Below the pieces are notes generated by a model. The model saw nothing but the letters and a program-made list of their open reading frames with translations, was not told the DNA's origin and searched no databases. Positions 34,209 to 44,305 of a stretch of DNA of 64,000 bases are shown here, one piece after another (position 1 is the stretch's first letter; every line of letters begins with the position of its first letter). The translations under genes and the position numbers were made by a program. Source of the stretch: a virus; the IMG/VR virus record IMGVR_UViG_3300005805_009577, positions 117,146-181,145 of that record. One strand, given 5' to 3'.

Positions 34209-34625
34209 ATGACAAAGCCAATAAATTTAAAAGATTTACCTGATTATCTTAAGAACATTAAAGAAAATAATTCTTATGGTGAAAACGTAGTTGTTGATAT
34301 GGGCAATATAGTTGTAGAGCCTGCTGGAAAAAATTACTTTTCATTTTTGGCCATTGGTTTGCTTTTTATTTTATTTTTTGGCGGACTAACAGCCTACAAC
34401 TTTTCTTTAAAAAACACAGAAACTATAATTTTAAGTTCAAGTAATAAAGAAGATATAAAGACAATATCTGATATTTTGATAAACAATGGTGTAAAAATTG
34501 TCTCAATAAAACAAAAAGAAGATGATACCTTTGAAATAAAATTTAATAAGCTAAAAGATTTAAACTCTTTTTTGGAAAATCTGCGTAAAAACAAACAACT
34601 AAAAAAAATAGAATTAAAAAATTAA
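34209..34625 (+). CDS. membrane-anchored hypothetical protein
   Basis: Single TM FSFLAIGLLFILFFGGL; GAAGGA RBS. Confidence 0.6.
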   Translation: MTKPINLKDLPDYLKNIKENNSYGENVVVDMGNIVVEPAGKNYFSFLAIGLLFILFFGGLTAYNFSLKNTETIILSSSNKEDIKTISDILINNGVKIVSIKQKEDDTFEIKFNKLKDLNSFLENLRKNKQLKKIELKN

Positions 34626-34702
34626 TAGCCCTTGACGATTTTTTGTTTTTTGAGACAATTTTTTTCTTGTTGTTTTGCCCGGCGTCCTTGTAAAAATAAA
34701 AA

Positions 34703-34900
34703 ATGAAAAGACAAAGTTGTTGTGCAATTATTTATTGCGATTATGGCAATCAAAAAACAAAAAAGCCGATAAGACTAAGCTATAGTCAAATTTCTGCAGC
34801 TAATAGCTGGAAAAAGTTTCATAAAAACTTTAGCAAAAATGGGTGGAGATGTTGGCAAGAAGATACTGAAGGAAATATTATAAACGATTCTAAAAAATAA
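34703..34900 (+). CDS. hypothetical protein
   Basis: 65 aa. Confidence 0.45.
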   Translation: MKRQSCCAIIYCDYGNQKTKKPIRLSYSQISAANSWKKFHKNFSKNGWRCWQEDTEGNIINDSKK

Positions 34901-34908
34901 CTTTTTTA

Positions 34909-35607
34909 TTAAATGTGAAATAAGAAATCTGGGCCGCCAATATGATCTATCTCATACCCCAGGCTCAATAAGTCTGCAAACTGTTCTTTGGTATATTCGA
35001 TATCAACTGTTCCTGCATCGTCTTTCCAATTTTCAAGAGTAATAGTTGGCTTGAACTTTTTAATAGTGTTAATCGCACCTTTAATAGCTAACACTTCATA
35101 TCCTTCTACATCTAGTTTTATAAAATCTAATTTTTCTAAATTTAAAGAATCTATTGTTACTAGTTCGCATTCAAATTCTTTGCCATCGTCATTTTTGGCG
35201 ATGACGGCTCCTCCCGGATTACCGCCTGTTATAGATTTGTAACTTTTTTGTTCTTTTCTGTCAGACAAACCTTTTTTATAAATTTTAACATTATTTAAGT
35301 TGTTTAATGTTACATTATTTTTTAAAAGATCAAAAGAGTGGCTTAATGGCTCAAAACAATGTAGTTCTCTACAAATTTTTGCCAATTTAATCGAATGTGT
35401 GCCTATATGACAACCACCTTCTAAAACAATGCTATTTTTATTTACATATTTTTCAAAAACTTTATGAAGGTGTGGTTCCCAAAATTCATTTTTTTTTAAA
35501 GTTTCACATATACAACAATTTTTATATAACTTAAAGAAGGCAGATTCTTCTTGATTATAATTTTTAAATTCTATCACATCCTCTAGATAATCATATTTAT
35601 CGATCAT
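34909..35607 (-). CDS. FkbM-family methyltransferase
   Basis: EGGCHIG, FEP, FIKLDVEGYE. Confidence 0.88.
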   Translation of the reverse strand: MIDKYDYLEDVIEFKNYNQEESAFFKLYKNCCICETLKKNEFWEPHLHKVFEKYVNKNSIVLEGGCHIGTHSIKLAKICRELHCFEPLSHSFDLLKNNVTLNNLNNVKIYKKGLSDRKEQKSYKSITGGNPGGAVIAKNDDGKEFECELVTIDSLNLEKLDFIKLDVEGYEVLAIKGAINTIKKFKPTITLENWKDDAGTVDIEYTKEQFADLLSLGYEIDHIGGPDFLFHI

Positions 35608-35741
35608 ATAATAAACGAGTAAGTATATTTTAATTTAAATTATACTTTTCTTTCTATCGGCTGCGGCGACTACTTTTCAAAAATAGACTTTTTAAAAAGC
35701 TGCGGTACTTGGTTTATTTAATACACTTCATATATATCTAT

Positions 35742-37127
35742 ATGTCAGGTAAATATTTAAGAGAATATTTTGGAGACACAGATTTTTATACTCCGTGTTT
35801 AGGTCTAGCCAGATCAAGCCTACCTGTTTATAGTGAATATATTCATATTCACGCAAAGTTGTTCTTCAATGTTTTAAATAAATTTAATTTAGAATTTTAT
35901 GTATTTGCCGGCACGGGCGTTGGATATGTTAGAAATAAATCTAATATTCCTTGGGTAGAAGACTACGATATACTAATTTTTGAAAAAGATATTAAACTTT
36001 TTGAAAAATTTATTATACCTGATTTAAAAAAATATGGATTTATTTTAAAAAGACCTTGGCGTAAAAGTGGCTGGTATGTGCTATCTGATAGAGAAAAAAA
36101 ACATTTTCAGTGCGATGTGTTTTATTCTAAAGTTTGTAAAAATAATATAGTTAGAAACTTAAATGGATGGGGTCTTTATCATAAAAAAAATATAAGCTAT
36201 GATATTGTTTCCCCACCTAGAACTTTAAAAATAGATGACTTAGAATTGCCTTTTTTTAACAAAGTAGAAGAAGATATACTTATAGAGTACGGAGATGTTA
36301 TAAACAATGTTTGTATACATATAAACCATAAAAACAAAAAAACAATAAATCAAAATTTTAATATTGTTTATAATGAATTTTATGAACTTTTAGAAAATCC
36401 TAAAAATAATACTTTAAAATACATTTTAACAAATAAAGAATATAAATATCAAAACAAGTGTATTTTAAATAGCGATATTAATTTTACATCTATATTTGAT
36501 ATACTTAATTATATAAGTCAAAATAATGTGAAAGATCTTCACATCGTAGACCAGAAATTTCTACAATATTGTTTAAGCATAAAATATTATTTTAAGGAAA
36601 TAAAAATAATATTTTATTTGTTAGAAGATATTGATAAAAGCAATTTAATATTTTTAAATTATATTGATTTTGTAAAATGTAGAAAAGATTTATCAATAAA
36701 GTATGAAGAAGATAAATTAATATATGTAAAAAATAAACCTACTTTTTTGCCTATAAATATTATAACTTTTGGCACTTATGATTTATTTCATGATGGGCAT
36801 TATAATATATTAAAAAGAGCCAAAAGCCTAGGAGACAAATTAATAGTAGGTGTATCAAGCGACGAACTTAATAATAAAAAAGGAAAATCTTCTATAAATA
36901 GTCTCCAAACAAGAATAAAAGACGTAGAAAAAACAGGATTTGTTAATTATTGTTTTATAGAAGAATCTTTAGATAAAAAAGATGAATATATTAATACTCA
37001 CCAAGCAGATATATTAATAATGGGTGACGATTGGAAGAACAAATTTGATTGGGTGTCTTGTCCTTGTATTTATTTGCCTAGGACGCCAGGAATATCAACT
37101 ACGGAATTAAAAAAAAATTATAATTAA
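35742..37127 (+). CDS. LicD-family phosphotransferase fused to TagD-like cytidylyltransferase
   Basis: N-terminal AGTGVGYVR...IPWVEDYD; C-terminal TFGTYDLFHDGH, VGVSSD, MGDDW, RTPGISTT. Confidence 0.82.
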   Translation: MSGKYLREYFGDTDFYTPCLGLARSSLPVYSEYIHIHAKLFFNVLNKFNLEFYVFAGTGVGYVRNKSNIPWVEDYDILIFEKDIKLFEKFIIPDLKKYGFILKRPWRKSGWYVLSDREKKHFQCDVFYSKVCKNNIVRNLNGWGLYHKKNISYDIVSPPRTLKIDDLELPFFNKVEEDILIEYGDVINNVCIHINHKNKKTINQNFNIVYNEFYELLENPKNNTLKYILTNKEYKYQNKCILNSDINFTSIFDILNYISQNNVKDLHIVDQKFLQYCLSIKYYFKEIKIIFYLLEDIDKSNLIFLNYIDFVKCRKDLSIKYEEDKLIYVKNKPTFLPINIITFGTYDLFHDGHYNILKRAKSLGDKLIVGVSSDELNNKKGKSSINSLQTRIKDVEKTGFVNYCFIEESLDKKDEYINTHQADILIMGDDWKNKFDWVSCPCIYLPRTPGISTTELKKNYN

Positions 37128-37661
37128 ATCCATTTTATTGGAGCAGTGTTTAGAAGACACTATAGCCTATGAAATATACTAGACAGAGCTATCTCAGGAT
37201 GACGTAATAAGATAAAACAACATATTTTGAGGAAAATAAATAATATTATGCCTTTATTCTTAAAAAATAAACTTGTTTCTATCGAAGACAAGATAAATCT
37301 ACTAAAGAACCAGTATATAGGAGATGGCTCTGGACCTTCATTAAATAAAGAGATAATCTATGAATAATATAAAAATTTAATTGAAAAATTGTCTTATCTT
37401 AATAATACATATAATATTGTAGGGGTAAAACAATCGTTTGAATACGGAAGGAGTTGTTTTTAATGATGTAGTCACCAGCATAACCGAGTTATGCGACTTA
37501 TCTTCTGATTTAATCTGCGAGAATATTTAGAGTACAACAACTATTTTGCAATATACTTTTCTTAATATCATAAAAAAGATAGAGGTAGTAGTTTATATGA
37601 AACTAATAGTAGGAAACTCGTCGCAAATATCAAAAGATATCTTTAATTTAAATTTATAAAG

Positions 37662-38459
37662 ATGAATATAGTTTACACACTAACGGTAGATTTTTTAAAT
37701 ACATTATCTGCTGATATGAATCTTGTTTCAGTTTGGTCTCTTCGGCACTCCAATCCCACAAACAGGATCATACTAGTTTGCGATCACACATCTCTTGGTA
37801 TATTAAAAGAAGTTAAACATAAAATACTAGACGAGATAGACTCTATAGTAGATGCGGGACAAATCAAGGGAGAAACAAACTATATAAATAGATTTATAAA
37901 AACATCATTAATTAATTATATAGATGGTGATTTTTTATATTTAGACGCTGACACATTTGTACGGAATGGCTTAGAGGGTTTTTATAATATAAAAGAAGAC
38001 TTAGTAGGAGTGGCTAATCATAATAATGTTGATCCTAGTATCATTACATGCGAGGAATTAGAAAAAATTAAGCATTTAGATTGGACTGTTCCTAAATTTT
38101 ATATAAACGGTGGGGTTTTATTCATAAAAAATAGTACTAATACTAGAAAATTTTATGAAATTTATCACAACAAATGGCAACAAAGTTGCAATAAACTAAG
38201 AGAACACAAAGACCAACACTGTTTAAATAGCACCATAGAAGACAGTGGGGTCATTCTCAAAATCCTTTCTGATATATATAATATGCAAGGTTATAATAAT
38301 TCGAGCAAAATAATAAAGCCACACCATCCAAAAGATACTATTATACATCATGTTTATGGGGATTTTTGGAAAGATTCTATATTTAGTAGTATATTAAATT
38401 ATGAAGATATAAATAATATTTTTGAAACACATAATAATATATGGAAACAAACAACATGA
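37662..38459 (+). CDS. GT8-like nucleotide-diphospho-sugar transferase
   Basis: FLYLDADT, YINGGVLF, DQ..LN, YN.Q. Confidence 0.7.
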   Translation: MNIVYTLTVDFLNTLSADMNLVSVWSLRHSNPTNRIILVCDHTSLGILKEVKHKILDEIDSIVDAGQIKGETNYINRFIKTSLINYIDGDFLYLDADTFVRNGLEGFYNIKEDLVGVANHNNVDPSIITCEELEKIKHLDWTVPKFYINGGVLFIKNSTNTRKFYEIYHNKWQQSCNKLREHKDQHCLNSTIEDSGVILKILSDIYNMQGYNNSSKIIKPHHPKDTIIHHVYGDFWKDSIFSSILNYEDINNIFETHNNIWKQTT

Positions 38460-38554
38460 AGATATTAGTTACAGGAGGGATTTTTTAATCTTTCAAACAA
38501 AGGCGGCAATAGCAATACAGAAGAAAAGCAACTAGACCAACAAAAGAAGAGTTA

Positions 38555-38716
38555 ATGAAGTGGATATGGGAAGAGCCTACAACAAAAATTGCGAAAAAAC
38601 TTGGTGTATCAGATAAGTCTGTTGAAAAATGGACTAAATATTATGAAATTAAAAAACCACCAAGAGGCTATTGGTCTAAACGCAATAAAATGCCCGAAGA
38701 GGAGTCGAACCTCTAA
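38555..38716 (+). pseudogene. remnant HTH domain of the type found at the C-terminus of phage homing endonucleases
   Basis: RPTKEELMKWIWEEPTTKIAKKLGVSDKSVEKW...KKPPRGYW; in-frame TAG just upstream, no nuclease domain. Confidence 0.5.
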
Positions 38717-38979
38717 CCTAGGGAACCACATACCACTATAACTTTCGTTACCCTTTCGGTTTAGTGGTCTGGACTTTACCTTCACCTTGGCCTTTCGGCT
38801 TTAGGCACCTCCCGTCAAGTCTCTACACCTTCCTATTGCTAGGCTTGGCTCGGTATTGGGTCACTTCTTGCAAAGTAGGCCGTTCACCGAATTTGAGAGG
38901 TTCTACTTCCAAAATTTCTTTTGGAGCATTCTGTTTTTTTAGGTCAAATCCCTTGCTCTACCAGTTAAGCTATCGGGCA
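38690..38979 (-). tRNA. tRNA-Gln(TTG) split by a group I intron (exons 38946-38979 and 38690-38728)
   Basis: Spliced product 73 nt: U1-A72 acceptor TGCCCGA/TCGGGCA, stem AGGGA/TCCCT, loop TT-T|TG-GT, T-arm AGAGG-TTCGACT-CCTCT. Confidence 0.85.
38729..38945 (-). ncRNA. group I intron, IC3-like, 217 nt, no ORF
   Basis: CTCTCAAATTCGG, CCGAGCCAAGCC, AAGGTGTAGAGACTTGACGG and AAGGTAAAGTCCAG cores resemble Azoarcus/Anabaena tRNA introns; begins after U, ends in G; IGS CAGAAT pairs with junction ATTT|TG. Confidence 0.9.
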
Positions 38980-39313
38980 ATTTGTATTTCTATTATAGTA
39001 AGGAAAAAAAATTTGTCAATTGCACTCCTATATAAATCCTTTTGTTTTTTCATTATAGATGCCATAAGATAAATTCCTGCTCTTGATCAGATACAGGTGT
39101 CTATCCTTGCATTCTTTCAGAGGTAAATAATTTACTTTAATTTCAGTCATTGCTTTACTACTATTCCTATTCAATAATTCCAAGTTCTTTGTTGGCGTGA
39201 TTGGATGCTTCTTCAATTGTGTCAAATGGCCCGTTGACAAAACTTTGGGAAAGTCCTCTGTTATACCGTTTCGCCATCCCGGAAAGAAAATTTATTATAT
39301 CGATAAATAAATT

Positions 39314-39737
39314 TTATTTCAAATTATTTAAATTTTCTATTTCAACTTTATCAATAAATATTTTATCAATTCTGCCTCCTTGTAGAATTTCTATTGGTTT
39401 TCCGTAAATCCATTTGGGATTATCCTCCCACCAATGCCTCCAAGATATTTTTAAACTTTTAAAAACTTCTATGCAATCTATATTTTTATCAAAAATTTCA
39501 CCTTCAATAACAATTTTTATCTCTTTTTTAAACTTCATTTTAACTCTTGTTTAAAATGTTAATAATTTCTTGTAATATTTTTTCTAGCTTATTTTTTTGA
39601 ATTGTTTTATTTTTTTGTTCAAAACTATATTTGCCAAACTCTTCAACAATCTCTATTGTATTTATATTGCATAAATCTTTATCAAATACATCTGGTTTGA
39701 TTTCAATAGAAGAGTATTTTCCAAGAAGTTTGAACAT
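39314..39737 (-). other. two small hypothetical ORFs (39314..39538, 39540..39737)
   Basis: Tandem - strand ORFs with a 1-nt gap. Confidence 0.5.
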
Positions 39738-39990
39738 ACATTTTAAATTATATTCATTTTAAATTATTTGTCAAACCTCAAAATTGTCTTCTAAACATTG
39801 CTCTAATAAAATGAATTTAATTATTTTTTTCCTATCCAATCTGGCCTGTTATAGAGTAAATTATTTGAAGAATCTACAAATAGAACTAGTGTGTATTTGT
39901 TGGATCCATAGCATTGTTCTAATTTTTCTAATACTAGTTGAAGTATGTCGAGTTTCACAAAACATTGGATGCCTATAACAAAATTATTTT

Positions 39991-41445
39991 TCATAAATCA
40001 TACTCTAATTTAGTAAAATTAATATTCGGATCAAAATCCCAAAAATAATTTGGATTCTTATTTTGGTTTAATTCAAGAAGTTTACTTTTAGACAAACAGT
40101 TTTCTTTTAATAAAGAATATAGCTCTTCATGAGATAGATGTTTATCAAATAGTGCGGATTGTCCGTCGTGGGAAACTTTTTGAAAGTTAGTTGCACTCCA
40201 CCCGTATATTCCTATGTGACCATGACGATTGGTTTCTGGGGCTATGGTGGTCATATTACGATTTTTTAAAATATTGTTTATCATATGATCATTATCTTTA
40301 ATACTCCATACGGGGTCAAAGTCTTGTCTATTTTTTTGTTCTTCTACCCATTTCTTTATAGTTTCAAATTTTTTTCTATTGATTAGAATAGACCTACTGG
40401 ACGCTCCGCTTCTAACTATTTTATTAGGATTTCCTTTTGGTTTTTCCCATGCTCCTGCATGAAAATACAATATATTATCATCTTTTGAAAGGGCTCCATC
40501 ATGCAAAGATAATTGCTCGCACATTCTTAAATAATCTTTGCTGATTAACACATCGTCTTCTATGGTTATCACATACTCATAATCTGTATTATCAAATATA
40601 TATTTTACACTATCATACCAGCTATACTTACCACTATTTTTAGTCCAATTTATTCTTTTGTATTCATCTGTTATTACCTTGTCATAGTCTGACACTATTC
40701 CGTGTTCCTTATGAGGATCAACAAAAATATAAGTTTCAAATTTATCAGAATGCTCTGCTTCTTTTTGATACTCCAAAGACAACTGCAACATTGCTGATCT
40801 ATCATAGTATGTTGGTCTAACTACTACAATAGTATTATTATAGCAATTGCCATATTGATTATAAAAATTAGCATATTCACCTAAAACGTTGGTCTCAATC
40901 AAATCTGAATCTTTGGCATTTTGAAATGCTAGTGTGAACTCTTTTTTTGGAGCATATATTTTTAAATTATCAAAATATATTTTTTCTGTACAGTCCATTT
41001 TATATGTGTCTAGTATTTGTTTAATGCTTTTTCTATGAATTAGTATACCATGAGTACCAAACATCATAGAAGATAAGAGACATGTATGATCAGATATATT
41101 TTCTGTCAGTGACTTGTAGCAGTGTAGACTAAATACGCCCCAATCATATGGTAGTTCAGATACATACCGTATTAATTTCGAATTAAAGTTTTTAGCTAGA
41201 ATGGTATCGTCTTCTAAAATCAGTACATATGGATAATTATTATCATATGCATGTTGAAGCAATGCCAAATGGCTCATTGAACATGCTAAAACGGATGGGG
41301 TAATATTATTTTGTTTATGGTCAACAGCTGACCACCTGCGTACATTGTATAAATTATGTTTTTTAAATTCTTCTTGCATTGCAGACCACCGATCTGGTCT
41401 ACGATCAAGATTAATACAAAAGATAGATATATCAGCAATGTTCAT
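39991..41445 (-). CDS. GT25-family glycosyltransferase fused to a second GT-like domain
   Basis: INLDRRPDRW, ACSMSH, LILEDD; second domain RP.YY...TIEDDVL. Confidence 0.8.
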   Translation of the reverse strand: MNIADISIFCINLDRRPDRWSAMQEEFKKHNLYNVRRWSAVDHKQNNITPSVLACSMSHLALLQHAYDNNYPYVLILEDDTILAKNFNSKLIRYVSELPYDWGVFSLHCYKSLTENISDHTCLLSSMMFGTHGILIHRKSIKQILDTYKMDCTEKIYFDNLKIYAPKKEFTLAFQNAKDSDLIETNVLGEYANFYNQYGNCYNNTIVVVRPTYYDRSAMLQLSLEYQKEAEHSDKFETYIFVDPHKEHGIVSDYDKVITDEYKRINWTKNSGKYSWYDSVKYIFDNTDYEYVITIEDDVLISKDYLRMCEQLSLHDGALSKDDNILYFHAGAWEKPKGNPNKIVRSGASSRSILINRKKFETIKKWVEEQKNRQDFDPVWSIKDNDHMINNILKNRNMTTIAPETNRHGHIGIYGWSATNFQKVSHDGQSALFDKHLSHEELYSLLKENCLSKSKLLELNQNKNPNYFWDFDPNINFTKLEYDL

Positions 41446-42112
41446 AATTTTCTGGTGGACTGCCGTAGTAATGTGGATGTTCGGTTTTTTTTATTTCATA
41501 ATATTTATTATTTGGATAATAATATAGTATCCATCTTTCACATAGCCAATATCTGTGTTCAATAGAGAGGTCAGTATAATCTTCTCTTATTTTAGGTAAA
41601 GTTCTAATATACGATGTTTTTGACCACCAAAAATTACCACTAAAATGCATTTTGTGGTTTTCGTTTACTAATTTATCAGCTGTGCCTATATCAGTTAGAT
41701 TGATACCCACTATATCATAGTTATTAAGATAATTTATGCATTGTTTATAATTTCTAATTAGATAATGCTCAAGCATTTTTCTCCATAGCCATACATTATG
41801 ATTATGAGGATGTGATACCCCTTTGGTATGTATGTATAAAATATTAGATTCGTTAGTTTGAGACCACTCTAAAAGCTTATGTAAGCACGGTCTTTCGTAT
41901 TCTTTATATTTATTGGTATAATTAATTAATTGAATTTTATTATGTTTATTAAGTAAAAAATTAATATTTTCTTTATTTGCACCAGTATAACATACGTAAA
42001 CTCGCTCGATATTATCAAGCAGTCCAGATTCATACAACGATTCGTACTGGTCTATTACTATGTCTCTAAAATTATTTAGTTCACATATATGCCAAAAGAT
42101 ATTAGTATTCAT
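41432..42112 (-). CDS. glycan-related hypothetical protein
   Basis: LYIHTKG, HFSGNFWWS, ERWI; cluster context. Confidence 0.55.
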   Translation of the reverse strand: MNTNIFWHICELNNFRDIVIDQYESLYESGLLDNIERVYVCYTGANKENINFLLNKHNKIQLINYTNKYKEYERPCLHKLLEWSQTNESNILYIHTKGVSHPHNHNVWLWRKMLEHYLIRNYKQCINYLNNYDIVGINLTDIGTADKLVNENHKMHFSGNFWWSKTSYIRTLPKIREDYTDLSIEHRYWLCERWILYYYPNNKYYEIKKTEHPHYYGSPPENYEHC

Positions 42113-42156
42113 TTTTATTAATTATTTCTGTTAAGATAGTCATCTTCTAATCTAAT

Positions 42157-43173
42157 TTAGTCACCTAAACCTCTATATAAAGCTTCGAGACGAGATCTTC
42201 CACGCACCATATCTGGTTCAAGAAAAGCACCTTCTGCCCACTCATTCCAAGCATTAATAAACATGAATTCTTTTTTGTTGTCTAGTGTTTGTTTTTTAGC
42301 CTCTCTAACCCAATTTTCAAAAATATTTATTGCTGAGTTGTCTTGATGATATATGACAGCGTCCGACATTAGCCTGGGAGTATTGTCCCAGGCTGGACAA
42401 ACTGTTTTAAATTGACATGTCTGGTCAGCAATACAGTGTTCGTAAAGCGTGGAGTAGTCTTTAATCCGACCTACAAAATTATTTTTTGTGATTAATGACG
42501 TATTTATATTTGGATTGTTCCACGTTCTATGAGGAGGAAACTGAATAACGCCTTCAAGCCCCATATCTTGATAATTATAATGCTCAAAGCTTCCGCAGCC
42601 TAATAATAAAACTCTGCTACCTAAATAAGTTTTTAGTCGATGAACAAACTCAATACTTTCTTGACTTTCGTGTGGTCTATAAATGATAAATAATGGTCTA
42701 TCATTATCATCTTTTATATAATGACAATTGTTAAAATGTTCTTTTTGCAAATATTCTGCTAAATCATAAGGGTTCGAATATAATTGTTTAATCAAACATT
42801 CTCCCTTACTATCATCTCCGTCCCATCTTCTAGTCCAAGATTCATTAGCCCAACACAAAGCATAAGGAGTATTTCCTTGAGAAAATTTCTTTATGGCTTC
42901 ATTCATCAAAACCTTGCCATTACAAAACCAATATAAATAAGGTATAAATCCGTCAATTCCATATTCATTAGCTAGAGAAAACTGTTCCTCTAATATGTTA
43001 GGGAGCCTCAAGTCATAAAACCCTAATTCTGATGGTATATTAGGCTGAAGATGTCCTTCGTATTGAGGCGTTGCTCTAGCAACATTACGCCATTCTGTAA
43101 AGCCCTTTCCCCAAAATTCATCATTTTCTATGAATGGATGAAATTGCGGTAAGTAAAAAGCAAGTGTTTTCAT
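42157..43173 (-). CDS. WbsX/GH99-like glycosyltransferase
   Basis: AFYLPQFH..ENDEFWGKGFTEW, YDLR, WANESW, NAWNEWAEG..LEPD. Confidence 0.85.
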   Translation of the reverse strand: MKTLAFYLPQFHPFIENDEFWGKGFTEWRNVARATPQYEGHLQPNIPSELGFYDLRLPNILEEQFSLANEYGIDGFIPYLYWFCNGKVLMNEAIKKFSQGNTPYALCWANESWTRRWDGDDSKGECLIKQLYSNPYDLAEYLQKEHFNNCHYIKDDNDRPLFIIYRPHESQESIEFVHRLKTYLGSRVLLLGCGSFEHYNYQDMGLEGVIQFPPHRTWNNPNINTSLITKNNFVGRIKDYSTLYEHCIADQTCQFKTVCPAWDNTPRLMSDAVIYHQDNSAINIFENWVREAKKQTLDNKKEFMFINAWNEWAEGAFLEPDMVRGRSRLEALYRGLGD

Positions 43174-43174
43174 A

Positions 43175-44260
43175 TTATATCATACACATTTGAGCAAAAA
43201 TTTGTTTTGCCATTATTGAAATATCATGATTGGCAATTACATGTTTTTTAAATTTATTACCTAATTCTAATCTATTGTTAACATTTTGTTTTAGTTCTAT
43301 TATTTTTTTACTAAAAGATTCTATGTCTAAATGAGGTATAACAAGAGTACTATCAATTTGAGATACAAGTTCTGGCATACCCCCAGCTTTTTCAAAACAA
43401 ATTACTGGTTTGCCAAAAGATGATGCTTCTAAACACACTAATGGAAATGGGTCTTCTCTTGAGGTTAATGCAAATATGTCTGAGGAAAGCATATAATCTG
43501 ATACATTTGTTTTTTCTCCTACAAAAAACACTAACTTTTCTAGTCCTAAGTTATTAATATCACGACTTATTTTTTCAGAATTTTCCATCAAAGAGCCAAC
43601 CCAAATAAAATAAGTAGGACTATCGGATAGTTTATTAGTTACATTTGCTAAATCTATAAATAAGTCATAGCCTTTTCTCCAATCGGATGTTCCGCAACCA
43701 ATAACAACAAAATCATTTGCGGAAAGCCCTAGCTCTTGTCTTATATCTGTAGTTAAATATATTTTTTGATAATCAATACTTGGTATGCCCTCGTATATGA
43801 TTGATATTTTTGAATCAGAAATATCATGGTTTTCTATAAGGTTTTGCTTTGTCACTTCTGATACTGCTATATATTGATCTACAAGATTTTTACTTTCATT
43901 GAAAAAATTTATCCCACAATAATTTTGAATGGAGTTTTCAAGTTCGTGAACCATTAAAATTGCTTTAGCTTTTGTGTGTTTTTTTAATTCTATCAACACT
44001 TCACAAGAGCAACAAGTATTAGCAAATATTATATCAAAATTTTCTTGTTTAACTAGTTCCAGTATTTTACTTCTATCTTCACTATTCCAAATATAAGTGT
44101 TTGAGATATTTCTATATTCATTTTCTAACTCTCCTCCATTTTTAAGAACAATAGAAAAGTTGATTTCGCAAGTCTTTTTTAAGTTTCTTAATATATGAAG
44201 TAACACTATTGGCGAGCCATTTCTATGTGCGTCATGTCCTATAAATAATACTTTTTTCAT
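43175..44260 (-). CDS. GT4-family glycosyltransferase
   Basis: GCGTSDWRKGYDLF, LTSREDPFPLVCLEA...GKPVI. Confidence 0.88.
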   Translation of the reverse strand: MKKVLFIGHDAHRNGSPIVLLHILRNLKKTCEINFSIVLKNGGELENEYRNISNTYIWNSEDRSKILELVKQENFDIIFANTCCSCEVLIELKKHTKAKAILMVHELENSIQNYCGINFFNESKNLVDQYIAVSEVTKQNLIENHDISDSKISIIYEGIPSIDYQKIYLTTDIRQELGLSANDFVVIGCGTSDWRKGYDLFIDLANVTNKLSDSPTYFIWVGSLMENSEKISRDINNLGLEKLVFFVGEKTNVSDYMLSSDIFALTSREDPFPLVCLEASSFGKPVICFEKAGGMPELVSQIDSTLVIPHLDIESFSKKIIELKQNVNNRLELGNKFKKHVIANHDISIMAKQIFAQMCMI

Positions 44261-44305
44261 ATAATTTTCTTTCTTAGAGTAATGTATTTTGTTGTTTTTA
44301 CAAGT

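Noticed and set aside
37170-37620. Intact gene between the LicD fusion and GT8
   Set aside because: Only broken fragments (GSGPSL-like) with stops; probably decayed sequence, too weak to call.
38690-38979. Reading the split tRNA as tRNA-His(GTG)
   Set aside because: That junction would leave the intron ending in U rather than G, breaks IGS pairing, and the tRNA lacks G-1/C73 while having U1-A72.
38764-39072. 102-aa + strand ORF
   Set aside because: Antisense shadow of the intron and tRNA exon.
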